DNA of 64,000 nucleotides from Bdellovibrionales bacterium (GTDB lineage Bacteria > Bdellovibrionota > Bdellovibrionia > Bdellovibrionales > UBA1609). The translations under genes were made by a program, and so were the position numbers. The stretch's first letter is position 1; every line of letters starts with the position of its first letter. The notes under the pieces were generated by a model, which was not told where the DNA came from, searched no databases, and saw only the letters and a list, made by a program, of their open reading frames with translations. Positions 1 to 9,410 of the stretch are shown here, in pieces. The stretch spans positions 1,920,001 through 1,984,000 of the forward strand of contig CBDCMT010000001.1 of NCBI GenBank assembly GCA_965219095.1, written 5' to 3'.

Positions 1-814
1 TTTCATAAGAAGGTATTTTTCTCCAAAGAAACGTACCATCTGCTATGTCAAGATAATTTCTTACAGCTACTTCAGATGAATCAATAGATCTTCCTAGTTG
101 AGCTTTATTTATAACGATTCCTGATAGACTCGATAACATCTCAATAAAACGCCTATATTTTATAGCATCAATTTTAGGAAACAATTTCCTCATATCTCTA
201 TAAACATAGGTCTGATAATAATTCTCCATCCAAGCTTGATAGAAAACCTTATCAGAAGAAAGCACAATCTCGGGGTAACCTCCTTTTAAAAATCTTTCCC
301 AAATATCTATTTCAGGAATATAAAGCTCTTTTAAAAAAGAAACATCCTCCAAAAGCAACAGAGGTTTTTTAAAAATACTATAGAATCCAGGTAGGCTAAC
401 ACTAAGAGCTTCATTGACCTTTAAGGTGCCTAATTCTAAAATTCCTATCCTCCCTGCTAAAGAATCAGATGCTCCTTTAAGAAGTTCCGGAGAACTGGAC
501 CCTGTCAGCAGAAAACGTCCTTTTTGACTTCTATCCTGATCTACGATTCCTCTCATCTCCTTAAAAAGCTGAGGAAATTCTTGAGCCTCATCTAAAATGA
601 TTTGAGCCTTATGTTCTTGAAAGAAAAAATCAGGATCTTTTGAAATAAAATCAAAATCCCTTCCCTTTTCTAGGTCAAAATAAGCCCAAGAGGGAGCACA
701 TTTTTGAACTAAGGTCGTTTTCCCTGATTGACGAGTACCTATAATAAGAACAACAGGAAAAAAAGATAAAAGCTTATGGACACAAGATTCCAAGTTCCTT
801 TTTATATACGCCAT
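1..814 (-). CDS. AAA-family ATP-binding protein (AAA_14/DUF4143 type), runs off the window edge
   Basis: Manual translation MAYIKRNLE...; Walker A GTRQSGKT, Walker B IILDEAQ, LTGSS, LAGR, GGYPE motifs; not in the ORF track because it has no stop in the window. Confidence 0.85.
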   Translation of the reverse strand, partial: MAYIKRNLESCVHKLLSFFPVVLIIGTRQSGKTTLVQKCAPSWAYFDLEKGRDFDFISKDPDFFFQEHKAQIILDEAQEFPQLFKEMRGIVDQDRSQKGRFLLTGSSSPELLKGASDSLAGRIGILELGTLKVNEALSVSLPGFYSIFKKPLLLLEDVSFLKELYIPEIDIWERFLKGGYPEIVLSSDKVFYQAWMENYYQTYVYRDMRKLFPKIDAIKYRRFIEMLSSLSGIVINKAQLGRSIDSSEVAVRNYLDIADGTFLWRKIPSYE

Positions 815-1078
815 ATCCTAATGATACATTAGGATTTTACATATATAAAGGGCCTTTTTCCCGACTTCAGCCTTTTCCACTACTGAAACTTCATAAAAAG
901 TATGCAATCTATGTTTAAAACAGAGTTGGGGGGTATTTTTCCAGAAAGTTACATTTGTGGTGTCAAAAATCTTTTTTGGGGTATTTTCAAGAAAAAATGG
1001 TTCTATTTCAGTTTAGATTGTAGAATAGGAGGCGTGGAGTGACAAACAACCATAAGGAAGAGGAGTTAGGGGTATGAT

Positions 1079-2287
1079 ATGTATCTAGTAGAATCTAAAA
1101 AAAAATATGACTTTAAAAGTGAGAACCATTCGTCATTATTTCCTAATTTTCATAGATATCCCGCAAGCATGCTCCCTCAAATAGGTATTGAGTTATTTAA
1201 AGAACTCAATATAAAAAAAGGTATCTTACTTGATCCTTATTGTGGAACGGGTTCCTCTTTTTTAGCAGGGTTAGTGTCTGGCATAAATTCATTTCATGGT
1301 TTTGATATAAATCCACTTGCCATACTCATTGCTAAAGCTCGATATACAAAAATAAATAAGAAGAAATTTTCTGAGTACAAGAAAAATGTTATAGAATCTA
1401 TCCACCAAGGATTTGACTTCTTGGAAAATCCTTGTGTAACCAACATAAATTTTTGGTTCTCTAATCGTTCTATAAAAGATTTAAACACGATTAAATATGC
1501 TATTCTTACAGAAATAATAGATTTAAAATATCAACATATTTTTTGGACAGCATTTTCCAAGACTGTTCGCACTGCTTCTTATACTAGAAAAAGTGAATTT
1601 AAACTTTACAGAATAAAGAAAGAAAAAATAAGTGAATTTAAGCCCAATGTTTTTGAAATATTCCTCAGTAGTTTGGAAAAAATTGAAGGTAATTATTTTA
1701 ATAATTACCTTCCCCTCCTAAAGGATAGAAAATTCTCACTTAAAACCAAAAGTTTTTGCAAAAAAGAAAGACGATACAATGTTGTCTTAACAAGCCCCCC
1801 CTATGGGGATAGCAGAACAACTGTTGCCTATGGCCAATACTCAACCTTTACCAATGAATGGATGGGCATTAAAAATGCTCGTAAAATTGATAATAATTTA
1901 ATGGGAGGGTATATATCAGATTCCTTATACCAAGAAGGTATTTTAAAAAAACCAATATCAAAAATATCTAAAATTGATATGAAAAGAGGGCTGCAAGTTT
2001 CTGCTTTTTATATAGACTTAAAAGAGTCTATCGCTAATGTTGCAAGCTCTATTCAATCTAAGGGTTATGCTATTTATATTGTTGGAAATCGTACTGTAAA
2101 AAATATTGTTTTGCCAACCGATCAATTTATTGCAGAACAATTTGAGGCTTGTAATTTAAAACACTTATTCACTTACAAAAGAAAAATATCCTCAAAAGTT
2201 ATGCCTGCTAAAAACTCTCCAACAAACGTTCCTGGTGCTAAAGTGAAAACTATGCATGAAGAGTATATTGTTGTTTGTAAAAAGTGA
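1079..2287 (+). CDS. Orphan N4-cytosine DNA methyltransferase, alpha-class, M.MvaI-like
   Basis: Motif I DPYCGTGS precedes motif IV TSPPY; YPASMLPQI, TSPPYGDSRTTVAYGQ, NRTVK and MPAKNSPTN resemble M.MvaI; no endonuclease adjacent. Confidence 0.85.
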   Translation: MYLVESKKKYDFKSENHSSLFPNFHRYPASMLPQIGIELFKELNIKKGILLDPYCGTGSSFLAGLVSGINSFHGFDINPLAILIAKARYTKINKKKFSEYKKNVIESIHQGFDFLENPCVTNINFWFSNRSIKDLNTIKYAILTEIIDLKYQHIFWTAFSKTVRTASYTRKSEFKLYRIKKEKISEFKPNVFEIFLSSLEKIEGNYFNNYLPLLKDRKFSLKTKSFCKKERRYNVVLTSPPYGDSRTTVAYGQYSTFTNEWMGIKNARKIDNNLMGGYISDSLYQEGILKKPISKISKIDMKRGLQVSAFYIDLKESIANVASSIQSKGYAIYIVGNRTVKNIVLPTDQFIAEQFEACNLKHLFTYKRKISSKVMPAKNSPTNVPGAKVKTMHEEYIVVCKK

Positions 2288-2288
2288 G

Positions 2289-2329
2289 GTTTCTAACTAT
2301 TTTTCACCCACAGATTCTTTTGAGGAGGC
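2289..2329 (-). repeat. Hybrid ISL3 end (IRR tip with IRL-like interior) abutting the MTase stop
   Basis: Reverse complement GCCTCCTCAAAAGAATCTGTGGGTGAAAAATAGTTAGAAA. Confidence 0.85.
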
Positions 2330-2821
2330 TTTTTTTACAAAACCCTCTCTCAAAGCTAAATCAATGGTTTCCTCTAAGAGAACTTCTATCTTCTCAGCCC
2401 CCATCCTCTTTCTCCAGTTAGTCAATGAACTTCTATCACAGGGATCTTCATAAGAATAAAAAGGCTGACCACAAAAATACTGCCATTGAGGACTCTCTTT
2501 GAACATTTCTATTGTCTTCTCGTCACTTAAATTATAAATGTATTTCAAGCACTGAAGTCCCACCATTAAACGAGTTGAAAGACCTGGACGACCTTTTTTT
2601 TCATCATACTTCGAACCAAAATCTTTATCAAAACGATCCCAGTCTATTTTATTAGCTAAAATGACAAGCGGATGCTTCTTATGAACAATGTCGTTTACTC
2701 TAAAATTAAGAGGGCTTCTCTTTTGTGTGCTGAACATGTCTTTTGGCCTCATCTTTTTTCCTTTCTGTTTTGCAAGGTTTTTTATCTGTTTTTCCACTTC
2801 CTTGCAATTATTTTTATGCAA
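2330..2821 (-). pseudogene. IS5-family transposase N-terminal fragment (DUF772-like)
   Basis: HPLVILANKIDW, GRPGLSTRLMVGL, LSDE, WQYFCG motifs; cut off by the ISL3 end at 2329. Confidence 0.85.
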
Positions 2822-2889
2822 AAATTACAAAAAAACAAGTGTTTTTAGCTGTTTGTGCATTTTTCACATTCGACTAACTATGATAGTGG

Positions 2890-2943
2890 ACCCTTTTGGG
2901 GGATTTCTAGCTACTTTTTACCCACAGATTCCCGGGAGGAGCC
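2890..2943 (-). repeat. Orphan ISL3 left end
   Basis: Reverse complement matches GGCTCCTCCCGGGAATCTGTGGGTAAAAAGTAG. Confidence 0.9.
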
Positions 2944-3275
2944 AAAAATTATAATGAGGAAAGTGTTTTGACAGGATGTTTTTCTTGATCTTTAACCGCC
3001 CGTCATGGTATTTTCCTACTGGAGGTTTTATGAGAACTTCGCACTCTCAGAAGAACAGATGGGGTAGAGATCAAACAACAAAGTGCAGCTTATTTTATAG
3101 AGCTGCGGTAGGAGAATGACCTTAAATGGCTTTAAGTGATTAACTTAAAGCCAGTGAAAAACTAAAGCCGAAAGAGGGGGATAAGAGTTTTTTCCCAGTA
3201 AATAGAACTCAAAACGAATTGAATAACAGAAGGATCTTACTTTTTAAGTTTGACATCTTTCATTAGGAGTACGAT

Positions 3276-4646
3276 ATGGAAAGAGAAGACTGTATTAATG
3301 ATTTTTTTTCATCTAACAAAGGAAAAAAACTTTTAAATTTAGATAAAAAAGTTCTTGCTGAAGCCCTTTATAAAGCCTCTCTTAGAAACGGGAATGTTCA
3401 CCTTGTTTTGGAAAGACTAACATCAAGTGACAGTGAAAACCGTGTGCGTTTTAGAGAAAGGCTGAAAGAATACAAACGTTCAGGTAGATTTACTCCTAGA
3501 TATTATACAGGTGAATTCGTTTCTGAACTAGAAGACCTATTGATTGATCTAAAAGAATCAACTTTCACTCCTGAAGAGGGTTTGTCTTTAGTAAAAGAAT
3601 TCTTTGAGGTGGACGGTGACATTATGGAATCTTGTGATGACTCCGATGGAGAGGTTGGAGACATTTTTAACTATAATGCAACAGATCTTTTTAGAGAGTA
3701 TGCAAAGCAATGTAAGGATAAAAAATGGGTTACTGATATTCTACTTAACCTAATTGTAAAAGACGATTATGGGCTTCGTGAAAAACTAAGCGTCAAAGTA
3801 GACGAATTTCTACCTGAAAAAGAAATAAGAAGGGTTATAGATAGACTTTGGAATCTCCATGAATCCAATAAAAACAAGGGTTATCTCTATTTGTTAGAAT
3901 GTATGGCAAAGACTATAAAAGATCCTTTTCTCTATGAAAAAATAATTGACCTTAGTGGTGAAAAAGATAATGATAACAACTTCTTTAAATTAGGAAAGAT
4001 GTGGTTTTTTTGTGGTGATCCTAATAAAGCTCTCTTCTATTTACAGAAAATAAATAAAGATAATTACTATGGTTCATCTGGCAATCTTGACGATCTTTTA
4101 TTAAAAATCTATACGCAGTTAGGAGATAAGAAGAAACAAAAAGAAATTTCTTGGAAGATGTTCAGGAGCTATCGAAAAAAGGAAAAGTTCGATGAGGTTG
4201 TAGCTATTGAAGGGAACAGCAAAAGACCAAAGCTTTTAAAAAATGAAGTTGCGCTTATTTTTCGAAATAAGCAGCTAGAAGTAGAAGATGTTAATTTTAT
4301 GTTGGAGTTAAAACTTATTGATGAGTCTGGTGATTATATTTTTAAGAGAAGACAACATGTTAATGGAGACTATTACCACGGTCTTGTGAAATGGGCCGAT
4401 ATTTTCAATAAAAATAAAAAGCCTCTTATTGCAACAATCATCTATCGTGCTCTATTGGATTCTATTTTAGATAGAGGAAAATCACCTGCTTATCACCATG
4501 GTGTAGATTACCTTCGTTGCCTTGATAGAATTAATAAAGATGTAAAGGATTGGATGGGAGTTCAAACTCATGATGCTTACTTTTTAGAAGTCAAAAAAAA
4601 TCATGGAAGGAAGTATAGTTTTTGGGGGCAGTATAACAGCAATTAG
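3276..4646 (+). CDS. Conserved helical hypothetical protein (DUF6880-like)
   Basis: 456-aa ORF with AGGAG SD; CDDSDGEVGDIF, YHHGVDYL and HGRKYSFW motifs. Confidence 0.65.
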   Translation: MEREDCINDFFSSNKGKKLLNLDKKVLAEALYKASLRNGNVHLVLERLTSSDSENRVRFRERLKEYKRSGRFTPRYYTGEFVSELEDLLIDLKESTFTPEEGLSLVKEFFEVDGDIMESCDDSDGEVGDIFNYNATDLFREYAKQCKDKKWVTDILLNLIVKDDYGLREKLSVKVDEFLPEKEIRRVIDRLWNLHESNKNKGYLYLLECMAKTIKDPFLYEKIIDLSGEKDNDNNFFKLGKMWFFCGDPNKALFYLQKINKDNYYGSSGNLDDLLLKIYTQLGDKKKQKEISWKMFRSYRKKEKFDEVVAIEGNSKRPKLLKNEVALIFRNKQLEVEDVNFMLELKLIDESGDYIFKRRQHVNGDYYHGLVKWADIFNKNKKPLIATIIYRALLDSILDRGKSPAYHHGVDYLRCLDRINKDVKDWMGVQTHDAYFLEVKKNHGRKYSFWGQYNSN

Positions 4647-4654
4647 CCTCACTA

Positions 4655-4727
4655 ACCCGAGTTTTGACTTTTATCTTAAAACAGGTCTAAAGTTAAGGAT
4701 AACTGAACAATGTAGGTGAGCAGTTAC
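4655..4727. repeat. Fused orphan IS982 end and inverted IS66 left end
   Basis: ACCCGAGTTTTGACTTTT matches 59129; 4666-4727 is the reverse complement of about 10165-10227. Confidence 0.85.
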
Positions 4728-4856
4728 GATTTAACAATGATTTAGTAATATGATCTTTTTTACAAGTTTAACTATGCTTTATTTAAAAAAAAGCTTTTCT
4801 TTTTTAATTCTTTACATACATGTTTTGCTTTCTTTCACAGTGAAACCAAAAGTATT

Positions 4857-6257
4857 TTAAGTTTCTTTTTCGAAAGGTGGTTTAAGGCCCTTCTTTTTAA
4901 TTTTTTCAACTAAAGTCGTTCTATTCATTTTTAAAAGCTGGGAAGCTTGATTTCTGTTCCAACCTGTAGCTTCTAGAGCTTTTAAGATAAGGTTTGTTTC
5001 GTAATTTCCTAAAAGTTCATTAAAATTAATACCTTCTTCAGGGATATCTAAAGAAAGAGGGGTAATGCCTTTCAAAGTATTTTGGATCAAGTGCTTAGGT
5101 AAATCCTTTTTTTCTAAAACACCTTCTTTTTTTAAAGAAGTGAGTCTTTCAATAAGATTTTTAAGTTCTGTTAGGTTTCTAGGCCATGGATATTGGCAGA
5201 GAGTATCTATAAGGTCTTGATTTAAAGAAAGACGTTTTCCTTGCTGTTTATTACAATGGTTTAAAAAATGTTGGGCTAATAAGGGGATGTCCATAATTCT
5301 TTGTCTTAAAGGAGGTAGATAAAAAGGGACAATATTTAAAGCATAGTAGAAATCCTCTCTCATTTTATTCTGACGCACAAGCTTCTCTAAATCTTTACCA
5401 GTAGAGGCTATCACTCTTATGTCAACTTTTACAAATTTTTCCGATCCAGGTTTTTCATAGGATTGTTCTCTGATAGCTCTTAGAACTCTCACTTGTAAAA
5501 TAGGATCCATATGCTCAATTTCATGGAAATAAAGTGTTCCTCCAAAAGCTTTCTCAAAACCTCCCCTTTTCTGGGATAAAATAGAGGAAACTGCACTATC
5601 TTTCATGTAACCGAAAATTTCCTCCTCTAAAACCTCAGAAGAAAGAATCGAACAATCTACAGTAATAAAAGCTTTGTTTCTCCTTAAGGAGTTAGAGTGT
5701 ATGGTCTTAGCTAAAAACTTTTTCCCTGTACCTTTTACTCCATGGATTAAAGCTGTTGAATCTGTTTCTGATATTTTCTCAATCACTTCGGTAATTTTTA
5801 AAATGGCCTCAGTTTTTCCGATAAAATTTTCAAGGCAAAAAGTTGTTTTATGAAAGGCTTTAAGCCTTTCATTTTCTTCAGTTAAAAAGCTATGAGAAAG
5901 AGCTTTTTCAGCCAAATTTAAAATCTCTTTAAGGTCGAAAGGCTTTCTTATGAAATGAAAGGCTCCTTTTTTCATAGCTTCCACAGCTTTTTCAATCGTT
6001 CCTGTGCCGGTAAGAACAATACAGAGAGTCGGAAGACTACGTTCCTTTATGAAATCCAAAAATTCCATACCATTTCCATCAGGAAGGTTTAAATCAACAA
6101 AAGCTAAATCTATAGAATCTTTCCCTATGAGATTTTTTGCCTCTCTCAGGTTTCTAGCTGTTAAAACACTATAGTTTTTTTGATAAAAAACCTTAAATAG
6201 TGCTAAATTCAGTATTTCATCGTCTTCGACAATAAGAACCTGCTTCTTATTTAACAT
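4857..6257 (-). CDS. NtrC/Fis-family response regulator (REC-AAA+-HTH) lacking GAFTGA
   Basis: VEDD / DLNLPDGNG / KPF receiver; GVKGTGK Walker A; WPRN; C-terminal WNRNQASQLLKMNRTTL HTH. Confidence 0.9.
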   Translation of the reverse strand: MLNKKQVLIVEDDEILNLALFKVFYQKNYSVLTARNLREAKNLIGKDSIDLAFVDLNLPDGNGMEFLDFIKERSLPTLCIVLTGTGTIEKAVEAMKKGAFHFIRKPFDLKEILNLAEKALSHSFLTEENERLKAFHKTTFCLENFIGKTEAILKITEVIEKISETDSTALIHGVKGTGKKFLAKTIHSNSLRRNKAFITVDCSILSSEVLEEEIFGYMKDSAVSSILSQKRGGFEKAFGGTLYFHEIEHMDPILQVRVLRAIREQSYEKPGSEKFVKVDIRVIASTGKDLEKLVRQNKMREDFYYALNIVPFYLPPLRQRIMDIPLLAQHFLNHCNKQQGKRLSLNQDLIDTLCQYPWPRNLTELKNLIERLTSLKKEGVLEKKDLPKHLIQNTLKGITPLSLDIPEEGINFNELLGNYETNLILKALEATGWNRNQASQLLKMNRTTLVEKIKKKGLKPPFEKET

Positions 6258-6261
6258 ACCT

Positions 6262-7776
6262 TTATTTTAGTTTATTTTTTTTCAAAGAGTCAAACTGAGA
6301 TTTTTTTTCAAAATCTGAAAGAAAGGAAGAGGGCTTTTGAGATTCTTTTCTCATAAATTCTAACAGATCAATAACAATCTGACGACATTTGAGTGTTGCT
6401 CTTTCCATAGAATCTAAATTCCCTTTTGTTTGAGAATCAAGTGTGTTTTGCATTTTAATAAGCTGTATAAAAGAAAGAATCGATCCTAAAGGATTGTTGA
6501 GTTCATGAGCCATGCTACTACTGATGATTCCTAATTCAGTGTCTTTAGAAGTTTTAAGGATTCTCTCTTCTAACTGTTTTTGCTCTGTAATATCTCGAAA
6601 AATAAGAACGAAAATCACATAATCAAACCACCTTTCATCTAATAAAATCTTCTGTCCTCTCATTTCATAAATACGGCCCTTCTTATCTTTAACCACAAAT
6701 TCAAAGGAACTTTCTTTTTCACAAGAGGGAGGGTATGGTTTTCCTAAGAAAATCTCTCTTGCGTCTTGTAGAACGACTTCAGAGAGTTTTTTGTTAATTT
6801 TTTTCAAAAAAGCTTTGTTAGCTTCAAAAATACGAAATTTTTTATCCGTAAGACAAAAAGGATGAGATACAGCTTGAAAAGTTGCCTGCCACTCTTTCTG
6901 TAAATCTTCATTGATACGAAGCTTTTGAAAACGATTTAAAGCTAAAGACACTGTTTCTGCTAACTCGGTTAACAGGTTCTCTTCATAAGAGAAAAAAGAA
7001 GCTCCTTTGTTTTTAGCAAAATAAAGTGTGGCTGAAGGGTTATTCTCTATTGCTAAAGGAATTTCAAGGACTTCAAACTCTTCTTTCAACTTTTCTAAGG
7101 GAAGTTTCTTGTAAGAAAGATCAAGCTTCACCCAAGAAAGAGAAAAGAGCAACTTTAAAAAGTCATTCAAAGTACTTTCCAATTCTCCCTCAAAGGAGGC
7201 TTTGTGAATTTTCATGAAAGCCTCTTGTTGAAATTGTAAAAACTCAAACTCTCTTTTTCTTTTCTTTACTGCCCTCTTAAGAGCTTTCTTTTTTGACACG
7301 AGATCTAAGGAGAGCTTTTCGTAGCTTTTTTCTAAAGCTTCATTTTCTTCTTTTAGTAAAGAAAATAGGGCTTCATCTTGTTCTTTTTTCTTAAGTTCTC
7401 CTAAAACTTCTGTTAAAGCCTCTTCTAATTGAGAAGGAGAAGAAAGTATCTTGAACAAGGATCTCTTTTTTACAAAACTTATAAGATGTTCTTTCTTGAT
7501 TTTACTTCCTATGAAGATTATCTTTTTTGATAAAGGAAGTTTTTCTATAAAACGATCTGTTTCATGGAAACTTAAGGAATCGTACACAATAACCAATACA
7601 GGATAAGGGTTCAATTTCAAAAGCTCTTCTGCTTCTTGAACGCTGTAAACAAAGGTCATAGGCCAATCAGAAAGTGTTTGATTGATCGGCCCTATAATGA
7701 GAATATAAGGTGAAGAGGAGGCCTCTAAAGCTTTCATATAATTAGAGTATACGAAATTATGAAAAGTGAAAAACAC
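6262..7776 (-). CDS. Sensor histidine kinase-like protein (PAS + HisKA, no HATPase domain); start probably near 7737
   Basis: PAS ending FRDITEQK, H-box MAHELNNPL; ORF ends about 80 aa later without N/G1/F/G2 boxes. Confidence 0.75.
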   Translation of the reverse strand: MFFTFHNFVYSNYMKALEASSSPYILIIGPINQTLSDWPMTFVYSVQEAEELLKLNPYPVLVIVYDSLSFHETDRFIEKLPLSKKIIFIGSKIKKEHLISFVKKRSLFKILSSPSQLEEALTEVLGELKKKEQDEALFSLLKEENEALEKSYEKLSLDLVSKKKALKRAVKKRKREFEFLQFQQEAFMKIHKASFEGELESTLNDFLKLLFSLSWVKLDLSYKKLPLEKLKEEFEVLEIPLAIENNPSATLYFAKNKGASFFSYEENLLTELAETVSLALNRFQKLRINEDLQKEWQATFQAVSHPFCLTDKKFRIFEANKAFLKKINKKLSEVVLQDAREIFLGKPYPPSCEKESSFEFVVKDKKGRIYEMRGQKILLDERWFDYVIFVLIFRDITEQKQLEERILKTSKDTELGIISSSMAHELNNPLGSILSFIQLIKMQNTLDSQTKGNLDSMERATLKCRQIVIDLLEFMRKESQKPSSFLSDFEKKSQFDSLKKNKLK

Positions 7777-8763
7777 AAATCATTTTCAGCCATCATTATG
7801 GCGGCAGGACAAGGTTCTCGCATGGGAGGATCGTCTTTACCTAAAACCCTCCATCCTGTTGCAGGTAAACCCATTGTGGTACGTCTGTGTGAATCTCTTC
7901 ATAAAGCAGGAGTTAAAGAGATTCGTCTGGTCATTAGTCCAGAGGCTGAAAAGCTCATTGAAAAACTAAACAAAAGTTTAGATGCAAAAATCTTTATTCA
8001 ACAACAAGCTTTAGGAACAGCCATAGCTGTTCAAGAAAGTAACCCTTCTACTCTCAACGGAGATGTTATTATTTTAAATGGAGACCACCCTCTTATTGAA
8101 GAAGAGGATATTTCAGAATTCATAAAAGAATTTCGAAAAAAACAGTCCTTGTTTTCTGTAGTAATTGCCAAATTAGAAGATCCTAAACATTATGGTCGTA
8201 TGTTGTATTCTCAGAACAAACTTCGCTACATTGTGGAAGCTAAGGACGCTTCTTGTGAGGAGTTAAAAATTAAGGAAATTAACACAGGAATTTTTCTTAT
8301 AAGGGCCCAAACTCTCAATCAATACCTTCCTTGCATTAAAGCAAAAAAAGGAGGAGAGAAATTTATTTCAGATTTAGTAGAGATTTGCTCAGAACACTTT
8401 GAAGTCCAGAGTATCAAAGGAAAAAAGAAAGTGTCTTTTGGGGTCAATAGTCAAGAAGAGTTATCCCAAGCAACAAAGTTTGTTTTTCAAAGAAAAGCTT
8501 TGGAACTTATGAAAAAAGGAGTGATGATTATTGATCCTAATACAACTTATATAGAAGAAAGTGTAGTTATTAAACACTCATCTGTGATTTACCCTGGTTG
8601 TTATTTAAGAGGTGATACCCATATTGAGTCTTTTTGTGCTATTGAGCCTAACAGTGTTTTATCCTCTGTAAAACTAAAAAAAGGAGTGGTGGTTCGTTCA
8701 GGGTCTGTCGTAGAAGGTCAAAAAATCCCAGCTTTTTCCATTATAAAAAATGAAAAAAACTAA
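7759..8763 (+). CDS. glmU: GlmU, C-terminally shortened (uridyltransferase plus start of the beta-helix)
   Basis: MAAGQGSRM, PKTLHPVAGKP, GTA, GDHPLI, YGR, EINTG, GVNS motifs; 334 aa. Confidence 0.85.
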   Translation: MKSEKHKSFSAIIMAAGQGSRMGGSSLPKTLHPVAGKPIVVRLCESLHKAGVKEIRLVISPEAEKLIEKLNKSLDAKIFIQQQALGTAIAVQESNPSTLNGDVIILNGDHPLIEEEDISEFIKEFRKKQSLFSVVIAKLEDPKHYGRMLYSQNKLRYIVEAKDASCEELKIKEINTGIFLIRAQTLNQYLPCIKAKKGGEKFISDLVEICSEHFEVQSIKGKKKVSFGVNSQEELSQATKFVFQRKALELMKKGVMIIDPNTTYIEESVVIKHSSVIYPGCYLRGDTHIESFCAIEPNSVLSSVKLKKGVVVRSGSVVEGQKIPAFSIIKNEKN

Positions 8764-8803
8764 TGATGAGAAAAAAGTGATGAAACAAAAGAATACTTTT
8801 TTG

Positions 8804-9410
8804 GCCTCCTCCCGAAAATCTGTGGGTGAAAAGTAGTTAGAAATCTCACTTTTTACAAACAACAATATACTCTTCATGCATAGTTTTCACTTTAGAGCCG
8901 GGAACGTTTGTTGGAGAGTTTTTAGCAGGCATAACTTTTGAGGATATTTTTCTTTTGTAAGTGAATAGGTGTTTTAAATTACAAGCCTCAAATTGTTCTG
9001 CAATAAATTGATCGGTTGGCAAAACAATATTTTTTACAGTACGATTTCCAACAATATAAATAGCATAACCCTTAGATTGAATAGAGCTTGCAACATTAGC
9101 GATAGACTCTTTTAAGTCTATAGTGCTTCCCTTAAATTATTATCAATTTTACGAGCATTTTTAATGCCCATCCATTCATTGGTAAAGGTTGAGTATTGGC
9201 CATAGGCAACAGTTGTTCTGCTGTCCCCATAGGGGGGCTTGTTAAGACAACATTGTATCGTCTTTCTTTTTTGTAAAAACTTTTGGTTTTAAATGAGAAT
9301 TTTCTATCCTTTATGAGGGGAAGGTAATTATTAAAATAATTGTCTTCAATTTTTTCCAAACTACTGAGAAATATTTCAAAAACATTGGGCTTAAATTCAC
9401 TTAATTTTTC
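8804..9410 (-). pseudogene. Inverted partial copy of the m4C MTase 3' half with its flanking ISL3-like end
   Basis: Near-identical reverse complement of about 1622-2329, with an internal deletion of about 110 bp at 9121-9131 and a frameshift. Confidence 0.95.

Noticed and set aside
2945..3200. Purine-rich intergenic stretch with GGAGG-ATG and short TAAAGCC repeats as an ncRNA or small gene
   Set aside because: The ORF is only about 29 codons and I could not establish a convincing fold or family
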